From: Octopus bimaculoides
Lineage: Eukaryota
Length of the DNA stretch: 58,935 nucleotides
Direction: 5' to 3'
NCBI RefSeq assembly: GCF_001194135.2
Contig: NC_069000.1
Span: forward strand, 13,863,776 to 13,922,710
The translations under genes and the position numbers were made by a program. Positions 11,556 through 25,689 of this stretch are shown one piece after another. Under the pieces are notes generated by a model that was not told the DNA's origin, made no database searches, and saw only the letters and a program-made list of their open reading frames with translations. Each line of letters begins with the position of its first letter. Within the stretch, counting starts at the first letter, position 1.

Positions 11556-12102
11556 TATTTGTAAAAAATATATATTCTCTCAAAGTAAAAAAATGTGGCA
11601 AAAACTCCTCATTGTGCTCCCACCCCACCTACACAGCAGGCTTCCATACAGTTACTATCTACCAAATTCGCTGACAAGGCATTGGTCAGCCCAAAGCTAT
11701 AATGGAAGATACTTGCTCAAAGTGCTATACACTAAATCTGAACCTCAAGTCTTCTTAACCACACAGGTATGCTTGTACCTATTTAGTGAAGAAGGAAAGA
11801 TAGTATCCATGGCCATCTATTGCACCTCTAACAGACTTTCAATACATCGTCATCTGTCATTCACAAATATCTCTATAAAATTCAGTAAACAGAAAGAAAA
11901 GTGATGTTCCTTAACAATTTTGTCACACTGCACACATAAGTGAAAAGAAGGGTATTGTATTTACTTACCTATGTCTGTTTGTCTGTGTGTTTGTAAAATT
12001 ACTGGAAAACAACTGAACAGATTTTCACCAAATTTGGCAGAAATACTCATTGGGTGAGCGGCTTAAAATGATGAAAATTTGGTAATTTGGTTTGATTATC
12101 TT

Positions 12103-12396
12103 CGTGGCCGTTGCCAGTACCGCGTGACTAGCCTTCGTGCCGGTGGCACGTAAAAGCACCCACTACACTCTCGGAGTGGTTGGCGTTAGGAAGGGCATCC
12201 AGCTGTAGAAACTCTGCCAAATCAGATTGGAGCCTGGTGTAGCCATCTGGTTTCACCAGTCCTCAGTCAAATCGTCCAACCCATGCTAGCATGGAAAGCG
12301 NNNNNNNNNNGCCATCTGGTTTCACCAGTCCTCAGTCAAATCGTCCAACCCATGCTAGCATGGAAAGCGGACGTTAAACGATGATGATGATGATGA
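12103..12396 (+). mobile_element. Retroposon 3' tail family D ending in (ATG)n (others 16110, 18770, 28620, 30040, 35800, 55280)
   Basis: Recurrent gttaggaagggcatccagctgta...ccatgctagcatggaaagcggacgttaaacgatgatgat. Probably an RTE-type 3' UTR (inference). Confidence 0.8.
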
Positions 12397-13715
12397 TACA
12401 TAAATACATACATAGATATGCGATGCTGTGTGTGTGTGTGTGTGTGTGTACAGTGATGGATTCAAGGGTTTTGTTTATTTATGAGTTGATTTATTAATTT
12501 CACTGGAGTATAAATACCTAAAATGGTGATACTTACAAGAAAAAATTAATTTAGTTCAATTAAAAAGCAGGTAAGCAACGCATTGTAAGCCCTGCTATAA
12601 TTTGCGAAAAAATTTATCTGCGTGCTGGGTATGCATTGCCCCACCAATGCCCTTTTTTTTTTCATTTTATACGTTGTTGTTTTATCCCTGAGAAGACTTG
12701 TGATCAAAGGCAGTCCAGTAATGGATTCAAGTATTGAACATGGTGTGACAGAGTAATTCTACTACCCAGGTTGGCCATGGTAGGATTTGAACTCGGAATA
12801 CAAAAAGAAGAAATGCCATAGGGCATCCTACTCAAAGCTCTACTGGTTCTGTCAGTCCATTACTCTGGACTGGCACTTTATTTATTGACCTCCAGAAGGA
12901 TGAAAGTTGATCCATGCTGGATTTGATCTCAGATCACAAAAAGCTGGAATAAATATTGGTTTCAAATTTTGGTGCAAATTCCAGCAAGTTCAGAGTGAAA
13001 CAGTTAGCCAATTACATTGACCCCTAACCCTCAACTCTGAAAGCCTGAAAGGTAAATTTGGCCTTGATAGAATTTGAACTCAGAACATAAAGACAGATAA
13101 AATACCACTATGCTTTTTGTTTGGAATGCTAATGATTCTATCAGATAGCTGCCTTTATGCTGGAATAAATGTGGGTTTCAAATTTTGGCACAAGGCCACC
13201 AATTTCAGGGGAGGGTAAAAATTGATTACATTGATCCCAGTACTCATCTGGTACTTATTTTATTGACATCGAGAGGATGAAAGGCAAGGCCAACCTCAGT
13301 GGAATTTGAACTCAGAACGTCAAGACAGACGGAATGCCAGTAAGCATTTTGCCTGGTCTGCTAACGATTCTGCCAGCTCACTGCCTTAACTGCTGGAAAA
13401 AATATTACAAAACAAGGCATCCAGTCAACCTACTACTATCCCAGCCATCTCCACAGAAATTCTGTGACATAAATTTTATTGGAAAATTTAATTAAATATG
13501 GACAAAAATCGTTCTTTAATATCTGGTTGCTACTATGTCAAACAAAATGTAATTCTAATAGTCATCCATATATCATATTTAACTTAAATACGTCATTGAA
13601 AGCTAGTAAATTTCCTTTCAACAACGTGTTTACAGTAACTGTGATGTATAGATGACTATTTTAATTCAAATGTAGTTTTGCTTAAGCAAAGAAATTTTAA
13701 ATTAGAAACAGTATG

Positions 13716-13933
13716 CGAGGGGGTGCTGAAAAGTTCCTGGCTTTGGTTAAAAGAAAATACAGAAGGATCAGTTAGTTAGGATTTTATTCAGCATATTCCT
13801 CTCTCAGATTCACACACTTATTGCAGTGGTCCTTTCAGTTTTTCTAAACCCTGTAAAAGAACTCGGAAGGTTGGGCCTCCAACCAGGCCTTTCACGATAG
13901 CCTTAAAGCCAGGGACTTTTCAGTACCCCCTCG
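13716..13933. mobile_element. Mariner-derived MITE in the dynein 3' UTR region
   Basis: ~29-bp TIR cgagggggtgctgaaaagttcctggcttt / aaagccagggacttttcagtaccccctcg; TA on the right, TG on the left. Confidence 0.88.
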
Positions 13934-13976
13934 TATGTTCTGACACATAAGTCTGCAGAATCATCATGATGTACTT

Positions 13977-14372
13977 TCACTTGATATCACAAAGTAAAGC
14001 AACTCCTCTTTTCACCCACTTATCCGCAGTATTATTTTCCACTTTAAGTGTGACACTCGCCACATAAGTCAAATCAGTACGACAAGGTTTCTTGTAAATG
14101 GGGCAAACATACGTCTTGCTGTCAACTGGTCGTGGCTGATTCACTGCATACATATGAATCACTGGTATTGGTTCGGAGAGAATCTTGGGTTTTGCCTCCT
14201 GGAGTCTACTATTGGACCGGTCCCATCCAGCTCCTTCTAAATATAAACCATAAATGTAAACACCTTCTGAGGGGATAGTTAGAGTTTCCTCCTTCCGTTT
14301 TGTGGTCACATCATTCTGGAGATAAACACTATCCAAAGCCCATCCTTTATGCTTATACTTCCGAGTTACTTC
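13977..14372 (-). CDS. DNAH5: Dynein heavy chain, last coding exon
   Basis: EVTRKYKHKGWALD...EGVYIYGLYLEGAGWD...YVCPIYKKPCRTDLTYV...KWVKRGVALLCDIK then TGA. The C-terminus is typical of DNAH5/DNAH8 (outer-arm gamma type); the symbol denotes a DNAH5/8 co-orthologue. Confidence 0.96.
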   Translation of the reverse strand, partial: EVTRKYKHKGWALDSVYLQNDVTTKRKEETLTIPSEGVYIYGLYLEGAGWDRSNSRLQEAKPKILSEPIPVIHMYAVNQPRPVDSKTYVCPIYKKPCRTDLTYVASVTLKVENNTADKWVKRGVALLCDIK

Positions 14373-14879
14373 CTGAAACATAAAAGCAATGGGAATCAAT
14401 ATTAACATAAATATTAATGTAGGGCAAGCATGTGTGTGTGTGTGTGTGCGTGCATGTGTGTGTGTGTATGCATGTACATGTGTGCATGCATGTAAGTGTG
14501 TGTGCCTTCATGAATGTATGTGTGGGCATGCATGTATGTCTGTGTGCATTCATGTAAGTCTGAGTGATACAAAGAAACTATCCACTACTATAAAGTATTC
14601 ACTTCTATCTGTTCAGATATTAGATCAGAGGCAATTGCATATCACCGTGGTCATCATCGTCATTTTCGTGTCCCCTTTGCTATGTTTACATGAGTCAGAC
14701 AGAATTTAGTTTCCGTTACCAAATCCACTCACAAGGCTTTGGTTGGCCCAAGGCTGTAGAAGAAGACACTTGCCCAAGGTGACACGCAGTGGGACTGAAC
14801 CCAGAACCATGTGGTTGGGAAGCAAGCTATTGTCTGGAATACCACAGAAATTAATTCAAAGGCTCAGCCTTCGGAGCCA

Positions 14880-15158
14880 CAGTTGTAATAATAATTATTA
14901 TAATTCTTTCCACTATAGGTACAAAGCTTAAAATTTTGTGGGAGGGGGCTAGTTGATTATACTGACCCCAGTCCTCAACTGGTACTTATTTTATTGGCTC
15001 CAAAAAGATGAAAGGCAAAGTTGACCTTGGCAGAATCTGAATACAGAATGTAAGGCTGGAAGAAATGCTGCTTAGCATTTTGTCTAGATTGCTCGTGATT
15101 CTGCCAGCTTGCCACATTAATAATAATAATAAAAATAATAATAATGAAGATGATGATG

Positions 15159-15209
<51 letters not shown>

Positions 15210-16620
15210 GTTTCAAATTTTGGCACAAGGCCAGAAATTTTGGGGGTACGAAGCTAGTCAATTACATCAACCCCAGTGTTCAACTTGTACTTAATTTATT
15301 AGATCTCTGAAAGGATAAAAAGCAAAGTCAACCTCGGTGGAATTTGAACCTAGAACATGCTGACAGTCGAAATGCCACAAAGCATTTCTCCCTGCGTGCT
15401 AATGATTCTGCCAGCTTGCTGTCTTAATAATAATAATAATAATAATGATAATAATAATAATAATAATGCTATAGACACAAGTCCTGAAATTTTGTGGTAG
15501 GGGGCTAGTCGATTACATCAACCCCAGTGCTCAGATGGTACTTATATTATTGACCTCATAGAAGAGGCTTATAGTCAATTAACTTGACCCTGAGGAAATA
15601 AAAGACAAAGGAGACTGGAATTAATAGAATGATTTTAACCTTGAACATAATGGGTTGTAACTAGATACCATTATGATTATAGTCAAATACTTCATTGCTT
15701 CCACTACTCTATTGCTTTCGTTAATAAGTGTTTATCACTTTGACACAAGATATATATATATTTACTGCGCAATAGCTTGAGCAAGTGTCTTCTACTCTAT
15801 CTTCGGACCAACCAAGGTCTTGTGGATGAATTTGGTATGAAAGGATGAACGGCAAAGTTGACTTTGACAGAATTTGAAATCAGATTGTAAAGATAAACGA
15901 AATGTCGCTAAGCATTTTGTCTGGTATTCAAAGAATTTTACCAACTCGCTGTCCTTTCTACTATAGGCACAAGGCCTGAAATTTCAGGGGTAGGGGCTCC
16001 ATGATTACATGTATCCTAGTGCTCAACTGGTACTTATTTTATTGACCCTGAAAGAGTGAAAGACAAAGTAGACCCTGGCAGAATTTGAACTCAGAACATA
16101 AAGCCAGATCAGATTGTAGCCTTCTGGCTCACCAGTCCTCAGTCAAACCGTCCAACCCATGCCAGCATGGAAAGCAGACGTTAGACGACAACAATGATGA
16201 TGATGACATACATATGTATATATGTGTGTGTGTGTACTCTCAGATTTTAAAGATCTGACAGCAAACATGTTATCCAATACTTCACACAAAAGTTGTAATA
16301 AAATACCATATGTCGAAAGTTGCCACAACATAACTAAAACAAACAAAAAAGAAAAGAAGTAAAAACAGAATAATTCCCTACTGCAAGAACTGTCATTAAA
16401 GTCAGTGAGATGGCAAAATCGTTAACACACCAAATGAAATGCTTAGCAACATTTCATCCATCTTTATGTTCTGTGTTCAAATTCCATCGAGGTCGACTTT
16501 GCTTTTTGTCCTTTTGGGGTTGATGAAATAAGCACCAGTTGAACACTGGGATTGATATAATCAATAAGACACTTCCCCCAAAACTTCAAGCCTTGTGTGC
16601 ATGCAGTAGAGAGGATTTAT
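14880..16620. mobile_element. Tandem SINE family A cluster with long (AAT)n spacers
   Basis: Copies at ~14905, 15207, 15468, 15830, 15955 (-) and 16400 (+); (AAT)n at 15118-15207 and 15425-15467. Confidence 0.8.
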
Positions 16621-17609
16621 GCCGAAGATTTATATTTTATTTATGTGTGCAAATTTAATTGACTAAAATATTTTTTTAATTAGCTCACTGCATCAGTTAA
16701 GTTATCCGTCATTTAATGATATATTATAAACATGCTTTCTTCACATTTTAGAGCACTTGACATAGATGCTTACAAGCAACATATGACCTGGTAATTTGTT
16801 CATGCCTTTACTAACTGACACACATAACAATATAGTGTGGACTCCATGTTTCCGTCATGCTTATTTTTAACCTCTACTGACAGCCTTAATGAAACACACT
16901 GGTGTCTTATATCAAGTGATGTGTGCACGCGCACGTGTGTGTGTGTGCGTGTGTGTGGTCTCTAATACTGAATTCAAATTTTGGCACAAAGCCAGCAATT
17001 TCGGGGAGAGGCTTAGTTGATTAAATTGGTCCCAGTGCTCAGCTGGTACTAATTTTATCAACCCTGAAAGTTGACCACAGTGGCATTTGATACCAGAATG
17101 TTGTTGTTGGCACTCCGTCGCATACGACGTCGAGGGTTCCAGTTGATCCGATCAACGGAACAGCCTGCTCATGAAATTAACGTGCAAGTGGCTGAGCACT
17201 CCACAGACACGTGTACCCTTAACGTAGTTCTTGGGGATATTCAGTGTGACAAGGCTGACCCTTTGAATTACAGGCACAACAGAAACAGGAAGAAAGAGCG
17301 AGAGAAAGTTGTGGTGAAAGAGTACAGCAGGGTTCGCCACCATCCCCTGCCGGAGCCTCGTGGAGCTTTTAGGTGTTTTCGCTCAATAAACACTCACAAC
17401 GCCCGGTCTGGGAATCGAAACCGCGATNNNNNNNNNNNNNNNNNNNNNNNNNNNNNNNNNNNNNNNNNNNNNNNNNNNNNNNNNNNNNNNNNNNNNNNNN
17501 NNNNNNNNNNNNNNNNNNNNNNNNNNNNNNNNNNNNNNNNNNNNNNNNNNNNNNNNNNNNNNNNNNNNAATATCAAAAAAAAAAGTTTAATATTTGAAAA
17601 AAATCTTAC

Positions 17610-17762
17610 TTGTCTCATTGCTGTTAAAAATCCTTGAGGGTTGAAAAATCCAGTCATCCAGAATGCAGCAGGTCTCCCTTCAAAACACCAGCTACGAAAT
17701 TGAGCATTTCGATCACTGAGTTCAGTAAACCAAAATCCAAGGTTGCTTGATTCCCAGGAAAT
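17610..17762 (-). CDS. DNAH5: Dynein heavy chain, exon 10 of 11
   Basis: [51 protein letters not shown]. 153 nt, AG/GT. Confidence 0.96.
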
Positions 17763-19424
17763 CTAATTTAAACAAATGCAGAGGAGAAGACAGAAATTAA
17801 ATGGACACAAAATGAGAGGAAAATAAGGGTGTTTTTAGCCATTTTATTATTAAGCATCTGTTATTTGCTTTCTGTTCTGTTTTGTTTTTTTTAATATAAG
17901 GCAGCGAGCTTGGCAGAATCATTACCACACCAGACAAAATGCTTAGTGGTATTTCGTCCATTTTTATGTTCTGAGTTCGAATTCTGCCAAGGCTGACTTT
18001 AACTTTCATCCTTTCAAGGTAGATAAAACAAGTAGCCATTGAGCACTGGGGTTCAAGGTAATCAACTCACCCCCCCTCCCCTGAACTTGCTGGCCATGTG
18101 TCAGAAGTTCAAAACCAATATATGCATATAAGTCCTAAATGTGGAATTGAACACGCAATCTTATGGTCGTGAACAAAGCACCCTAACCAGTAGGTTATGC
18201 ATATTCAAAGAATTATAGAAATAATGGAAATAATATATAAACTGTAATATATTAAGAGAAATATGTTTCCTTTAATCAAACAATGAAGCTGTTATATTCT
18301 AGAGAAATGATTAATTTGATTACACTCCTTCAACTACTCAAACATTTATCAGGTGATATCTTCTTTCACTTTTATCAGAAAGAATTGCAACACAACATTG
18401 GAGAAATGTAAAGAAGGGAACTGCCAAAAACAGAAGAAAAACTGGTGGAAGGGTAATAGAATAAAACATGAAGGCTATAAACTGGTGTTTTGAAATAAAT
18501 GTAGTTGGCATTTCCTATAAGATTTCAGAGAAGTAAACTGACCTGTTTATATATTTTGCACAAACTTATAAGCATTTTATCAGACTAGTAGTGTGTATGT
18601 TTTGTGTCCTACATTAAACTACTTGCTCTTATGCTCATATATGGGATGCTGCAGTTGCTATACACACATACATTTCAAACTGCATCAAAATATATACTAT
18701 GTAACTAAGGTCATCTTTTACTCCTAAATATGCTACATCTAGCAACTCAATATACTTTACTCTTTTACTTGTTTCATCATTATCATTTAATGTCCGCTTT
18801 TCATGTTGGCATGGTTTAGATGATTTGACTGGAGCTGACAAGCCAGAGAGCTGTACCCAGCTCCAGTCACCTGTTTTGGCTTGGTTTCAACAGCTGGATG
18901 TCATTCCTAACGCCAACCATTTCACAGAGTGTACTAGGTGCTTTTTACATGATGCTGGCATAAGGGTTTTTTACATGGCACTAACACGGGTGCTTTTTAC
19001 CTGAATGTGTATATTTTTGCATGTGTGTGTGTGTATGTGTGTTTGTGTGCATGTGTTTGCCTCTGGTGCCAAAAAGTATCATCACTGAAACAGGCTCAGT
19101 GTCCAGCCAGCCATGCCAAATTTCCAGCATCCAAGCAGACACACCCATTCTCCACATTCCAATATTGTATTCTTGGTTGCATATACACCAAAAAAACTTG
19201 TCTAATCTTCTGACCTAATCATCTTTTCTTTTTACTCTGAATCTCTAATTAGTCTACCAAGCCACCAGCCTAGTTTATTCATCATCGTTGTCATCATCGT
19301 CGTCATTGTCATTTAATGTCCATTTTCTGTGCTAGCATGTGTTGGACAGTTTGGCAGGAGCTGATAAGGCCAGGGGCTACACCAGGCTCTATTTGTCTTA
19401 ACAAGTTACTAATCTGCAACTTAC

Positions 19425-19794
19425 TTTTTGCCAATAAGATGGTATTCTTGCATTAAACATGGCATCTAAAGCATGCCTCAGATGTTCATTCATGATTATT
19501 GCTCCATCAATGGCCAGTTTTAGGTCTAGCAATGTATTTCTGACGGCAGTGATAACTCGTTGCATCCGGTCAATTTCCTGTCGTAGGAAAATATTCATTG
19601 GTTCTAAGGCTCCGACCTTTTCAAGTTGAGCTTTGACATCGAACATAACATAGTCAGCAGGAAGACTTTCAAGCATATCATTGCTTATATTGTAAACAAT
19701 GGATTCTCTAGTTTCACCACTACCACCACTGCTGTCTTTTGGTTGAATATTAAGAATTGTGTCCAGAATTGATTGAGCTGTGTTACTTGAATAT
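19425..19794 (-). CDS. DNAH5: Dynein heavy chain, exon 9 of 11
   Basis: AC (39107-8) + A gives Thr, then [30 protein letters not shown]...[16 protein letters not shown]...[14 protein letters not shown] donor. Confidence 0.96.
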
Positions 19795-19949
19795 CTGAAA
19801 GGGATTTAAAAAAAAAAAAAAAAGAAAACTCCAGATAAGTATTGATTATAGTGATTACATTAATTAGTTAATGACAACAGAATTAGTGATTACACACATA
19901 CACACAAGTGACAATCAAACAGATAGGCATCAAAAGTACATAGATAGAT

Positions 19950-19987
<38 letters not shown>

Positions 19988-20644
19988 AGAGATAGACAGA
20001 CTGATAGACAGAGACAGCTAGACAGATAGGCATACAGACAGACAGAGAGATAGATATCTGATAGATAGAAAGATGTATAGACAGGTATTTGATAGATTAA
20101 ACAAGCAGATAGGTAGATAGACATTGTCCCCCAACACGACTTGACAATTGGTGTTGGTCTGTTTCCATCCCTATAACTTAGCAGTTCAGCAAACTACCAA
20201 TAGAATAAGTACTAGGCTTAAAAAAAAAGAAATAAGTACTGGGATCAAGTCGTTTGACTAAAATTCTTCAAGGTAGTGCCCCAGCATGGTCACAGTCTAA
20301 TGATTGAAACAAGCAAACGATAAAAGATAAAGGAAATATATATACATATATATAGCCCCTTACATTATTGTGTGTGTGTGTGTGTGTGTATGTGTATATA
20401 TATATANNNNNNNNNNAAGGGATGATGTTATTGTTGTTTTAGCCCCAAGAGATTTAGAAATAATAATATTTATATATACATATATATATATATATATATT
20501 CAAATAGGAATTAGAAGGAGCTGACCCATGAACTAAACACACACACACTCCTTGTGTATGTGTGTTTGATTTTGTTTATATATATATAGTCCATGATATA
20601 ATAATAATAATAATAATAATAACAACAACAACAACAACAACAAT

Positions 20645-21018
20645 ACAAACAAGACCACTCAGAGAGCACAAACCTCTGCCAAGGCAACACCAACGTCCCC
20701 TCAACAATTAGCCGGAAATGATTTTGAAAATGAGAACATCTGAAATAAACTCGACTGCTCTCACAAACGAGAATATTAAAAATGGACCTGACTGCACTCA
20801 AGAATTAAGCAAAAAATTAGGAAAAATAATCCAGAATCCTTGTCCAGTACTGGATCGATCCCAAAATCTAATCAGTTCATGCCAGTCAGGAAGCCAAACC
20901 TCCTTGAAAGTTTCATCCGAATCCATCAAGCGGTTCTTGAGATATCTTGTCAACAGACAGACAAACAAACAAACATGACTGAAAATAATACCGCCGCCTT
21001 AGTGAAGGCAGAGGTAAT
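20645..21018 (+). mobile_element. Helentron/DINE-1-like non-autonomous element (second copy 32520-32890 -, fragment 43835-43888)
   Basis: aagtttcatccgaatccatcaagcggttcttgagatatc core, (ACAA/ACAG)n microsatellite and a 3' GC-rich hairpin accgccgcctt-agtg-aaggcagaggt. Confidence 0.65.
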
Positions 21019-22659
21019 AGTAATAATAATAATAATAATAATAACAATAACAATAATGGACTCTCCTGTTGGTTTCGACATGAAGACCTGACAACCTACA
21101 TTTTCTTTGTCAGTCAAAATCCTTATGTCAACTGTGACATTTAAGTCCCGCCAATGATTTGTAAAGAAGCCCACTAATGTTGCAAGTATGAGGATTGCAG
21201 GTCAATGCAGGCAGTATATTTGCAGCTGCTTTTCTCCTTAGCCTTGCACTCCTTGTTAATGCTGATTACAACAAAGCCCATTATAGGTCGTCAAAGTTAG
21301 TCAAGTATGAAATTTGTAGAAAGGGGAAAAAAAAGTTTACTAATGTTTTATAAATACAAGGAATAGTTTTATTCATCAAAGTATGCACCCATATTTTCAA
21401 TACACTTTTGCCATTTCAGTGGTAGCTTGTCCAGAGCAATGTAGAATTAAAAGGGTGTTTTTTTTTTTTTTGTTTTTGGGCTAGTCTGTCATGGTTCAGT
21501 GGTTTTTGAGACTGGTCTTAGAGGTCCAGTTTCCCATGCTTGCATGGATCAGTCGAAATTTGTTGAAGCAGATTTTGTTCAATCAGATGCACTTCCTGTT
21601 GCCAACCTTCATGTTTCCAAGCAAGATATACACACACAAGTCGAGGGTTCCAGTTGATCCGATCAACGGAACAGCCTGCTCATGAAATTAACGTGCAAGT
21701 GGCTGAGCACTCCACAGACACGTGTACCCTTAACGTAGTTCTCGGGGATATTCAGCGTGACACAGTGTGACAAGGCTGACCCTTTGAAATACAGGCACAA
21801 CAGAAACAGGAAGTAAGAGCAAAAGAAAGTTGTGGTGAAAGTGTACAGCAGGGTTCACCACCATCCCCTGCCGGAGCCTCGTGGAGCTTTAGGTGTTTTC
21901 GCTCAATAAACACACAACATCCGAGTCCACTGCCCTAACCACTGGGCCATTGCGCCTCCGCATGTATGTATATACAATGCTAAAACAGACTAAATATATT
22001 TTTAACAAAATGCTAGTTTCCCTGCTAAATGCTAGATGCAAAAGTTTCTGCAGCTCTACTTTAAATTAAATTGTTGATTTAGCATTAAAAATTCCTAATT
22101 GGTAACACAGCAATTAACACTAACATTTAAATCAGTCATATCTAACCCAAATATTTTACCTGTTTTATGTTCAAACCAGCCAGATCTGGCCTCTCAAACC
22201 TACCCTGCAATGTTATTCTAAAAATATATAACCATATCATCAGAATTTTGAAGCTTCAAAATAATGCAAGATTAATGAAAAATAGTGTGGATGAAAAAGC
22301 ATTAGATTTTGACAGATTAATTTGGATGTTAAAGGGTTAATGTCAATGACCTTATAAAATCCCCATAAAACAAGGATTTTCCATTCAATAACATGATTTA
22401 AGTGATTCGATTGATAACAGAGAGAGAGGGGGCAGAGAAAGAGACTTGTATGAAATAAAATGGCATTCCATGACTAGACACAGAAAGCAAGCAACAAGAG
22501 AATGAGAGAGAGTTAGAGAAAGAGAGACAGAACAAGAGAGAGAGAGAAACAGAGAGAGAGAGAAACAGAGAGAGAGAGAAACAGAGAGAGAGAGATAGCG
22601 ACTTATAAAATAAAGAAGCATTCCATGACTAAACAAGCAACAAGAAAACAAAAGAGAGA

Positions 22660-22990
22660 GAGGCAGAGAGAGTGAGTGAGTGAAAGAAGAGAAAGACTGA
22701 GTGAAACAAAGAGAGAGACAGAGAGAGTGAGTGAGTGAAAGAAGAGAAAGACTGAGTGAAACAAAGAGAGAGACAGAGAGAGTGAGTGAGTGAAAGAAGA
22801 GAAAGACTGAGTGAAACAAAGNNNNNNNNNNAAGAAGAGAAAGACTGAGTGAAACAAAGAGAGAGACAGAGAGAGTGAGTGAGTGAAAGAAGAGAAAGAC
22901 TGAGTGAAACAAAGAGAGAGACAGAGAGAGTGAGTGAGTGAAAGAAGAGAAAGACTGAGTGAAACAAAGAGAGAGACAGAGAGAGGGTAA
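22660..22990. repeat. 55-bp GA-rich tandem repeat, about 6 copies, collapsed across a 10-N gap
   Basis: Unit aaagagagagacagagagagtgagtgagtgaaagaagagaaagactgagtgaaac. Confidence 0.9.
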
Positions 22991-23220
22991 GGAAACTGAA
23001 GGGGGCATGGGAAATTTTCTGCCATTTTTTTTCAATGATATATATTACATTGTTTATTTCATAACATACTGGATATACTCTTGTTTTTCTGGGTTTTTTT
23101 TTATAGTTCATAATTACATTCACACAATTAGTCAGCATATAACATTATAATATACACCATTTTATCTTCATCAGGATTATTCTGACATAGCTAATCTTTC
23201 CCAAAATTTTCCACACTTCC

Positions 23221-23320
23221 NNNNNNNNNNNNNNNNNNNNNNNNNNNNNNNNNNNNNNNNNNNNNNNNNNNNNNNNNNNNNNNNNNNNNNNNNNNNNNNN
23301 NNNNNNNNNNNNNNNNNNNN
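23221..23320. other. Exactly-100-N scaffolding gap (left border of inverted block)
   Basis: 100 N counted; only one other gap in the window has this length. Confidence 0.95.
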
Positions 23321-23358
<38 letters not shown>

Positions 23359-25689
23359 ATATGTATACATCTATAACGTATGAGTAGCGCAGTCTGTTGT
23401 GAACATGGTTTTCTATACTTTGTCACAGCTCCCTTCCTTCCTTTTTAAGTGTGTCTGTTTATATATATATGCATTCGTAAATGCACGTGTCTGTAATTTT
23501 ATTTTCTATATATCTTTCTAAATAAACATACACATATACACTCACTCAAATATTATATATGAATATATTTTACACATACACACACACACACACAAATACA
23601 ATATATTTGAATCTTTACTTCGGAAATACTATAAAAACTACCTTTATAAAAAGTACATGTCTGAAGTACCAAGAGCAGATATCTTGGGTTGCATTGTCTG
23701 CACACATGGCAGGAATATCAGGTGCAATCACCCCTGCAAAGAGTCTTGATATTCAATATTCTATTAATATTCTTTTCTACTCAAGGCGCAAGGCCCGAAA
23801 TTTTTGGAGAGGGGGTCAGTCGATTAGATTAACCTCAGTACGCAACTGGTACTTAATTTATCGACCCTGAGAGGATGAAAGGCAAAGTAGACCTGGGCAG
23901 AATTTGAACTCAGAACATAAAGACAGACGAAATACCGCGAAGCATTTCGCCCGGCGTGCTAATGTTTTTGCCAGCTCACCGCCTTATTAAGTAAATAAAT
24001 ATTCTTTTCTACTCAAGGCGCAAGGCCCGAAATTTTTGGAGAGGGGGTCAGTCGATTAGATTAACCTCAGTACGCAACTNNNNNNNNNNNNNNNNNNNNN
24101 NNNNNNNNNNNNNNNNNNNNNNNNNNNNNNNNNNNNNNNNNNNNNNNNNNNNNNNNNNNNNNNNNNNNNNNNNNNNNNNNNNNNNNNNNNNNNNNNNNNN
24201 NNNNNNNNNNNNNNNNNNNNNNNNNNNNNNNNNNNNNNNNNNNNNNNNNNNNNNNNNNNNNNNNNNNNNNNNNNNNNNNNNNNNNNNNNNNNNNNNNNNN
24301 NNNNNNNNNNNNNNNNNNNNNNNNNNNNNNNNNNNNNNNNNNNNNNNNNNNNNNNNNNNNNNNNNNNNNNNNNNNNNNNNNNNNNNNNNNNNNNNNNNNN
24401 NNNNNNNNNNNNNNNNNNNNNNNNNNNNNNNNNNNNNNNNNNNNNNNNNNNNNNNNNNNNNNNNNNNNNNNNNNNNNNNNNNNNNGCCTACACTCAAGAG
24501 TTCCTACATACGCAATAACAACATACACTGGGTTCCTAGACCCAGTGGCCTCTCAGACAACTGCGTAGCATGTCTATGCTTTAAGACGTTAGTAGTATGG
24601 ATGTGTATGTGTGTATGTGCATTGGTTTACGTGATCTTTTGTATGTTTTGGAATGTGTGTGTGTGCAAGTGTGTGGGCTCATGCATGTGAACCTGCGCGC
24701 GTGTGTGTATGTGAGTGCGCATGTGTGTTAATGTTTAATTTTCTTCTCCACGTGTTTACAGGGATACTATGACAAGCAGGAACAGTAAAGATAAACCAGT
24801 TTAGGACGGTTTTAGATAGCGTAAAGTATATGTGTGCGTGCACGCGCGATAGAGACTTTGTAGTTATTTTAAAATTGCTTTTCATTAAGTTTATTTTGGT
24901 GTGGGTTTTTTCCAAGGTAGCTGTGTACTGTTATTGTGCCTCATGTGCATGTGTTTAGCATGTGATATACATTTGTTGCATTCTACAACGATGTCTAGTT
25001 ATGTATGTTTGTTTGTGTGTTTATGTTAGCTTCTGAAATAAATGTATAAGAACGCAGAATGCGTATGTGTGTTATTTTCTCAGAAAATAACACACATACG
25101 TGAGAGTAGTGTATGTTTTGTTTCTTTGATTGTTTGTATAGCATTTTCTCCTCTATATGCACACGCTTTTCTTGCGTGTGAGCATGTGCGAGCTTCCTGG
25201 GCGTGTCTTTGTGTCACTGTTCCGAGAATGTCTATTTGTGCGGTTGTGTACGTGTGTGAAAGTAGAGAAACATATATATACACGTGTGTAAGTTGTTAGG
25301 AAAAAAGCACGGTCTTAAAGAGATTCAATAGTCTCACTATTATATAGACGGGTAGTATATTCCTGGCTATGGTATAAAAGTGGTTAGAAAATTGCCATTG
25401 GTTTCGCCTCAAATATTAACTTGACAATATAGATGACTAATTACACATGCAGGTCATATACTACTCGACTATATAAAAGCGCGTGCATGTGCGCGCGTAT
25501 AGTCCAACAAATTGCTGTGAGTCAGAAAAAAGCAGCACTCGTAAATTGGGTTAATACAAAGGGTATATTGCGCAATATTTTTTATTGTACAATATACCCG
25601 TCATGGTACCTAATATCTGAGTACTGCTTTTTCTTGATTTATGAAAATTTACGGGACAACTGTGCTGGAGACGATTCTTAAACTCTGAA

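Noticed and set aside
23762-24080. Exact tandem duplication of a SINE end before a gap (similar at 12240-12370)
   Set aside because: Identical sequence next to N gaps is best explained as contig-overlap artefact.
24486-25300. Possible LINE or coding end followed by TG-rich sequence
   Set aside because: No recognisable motif; could not be assigned.
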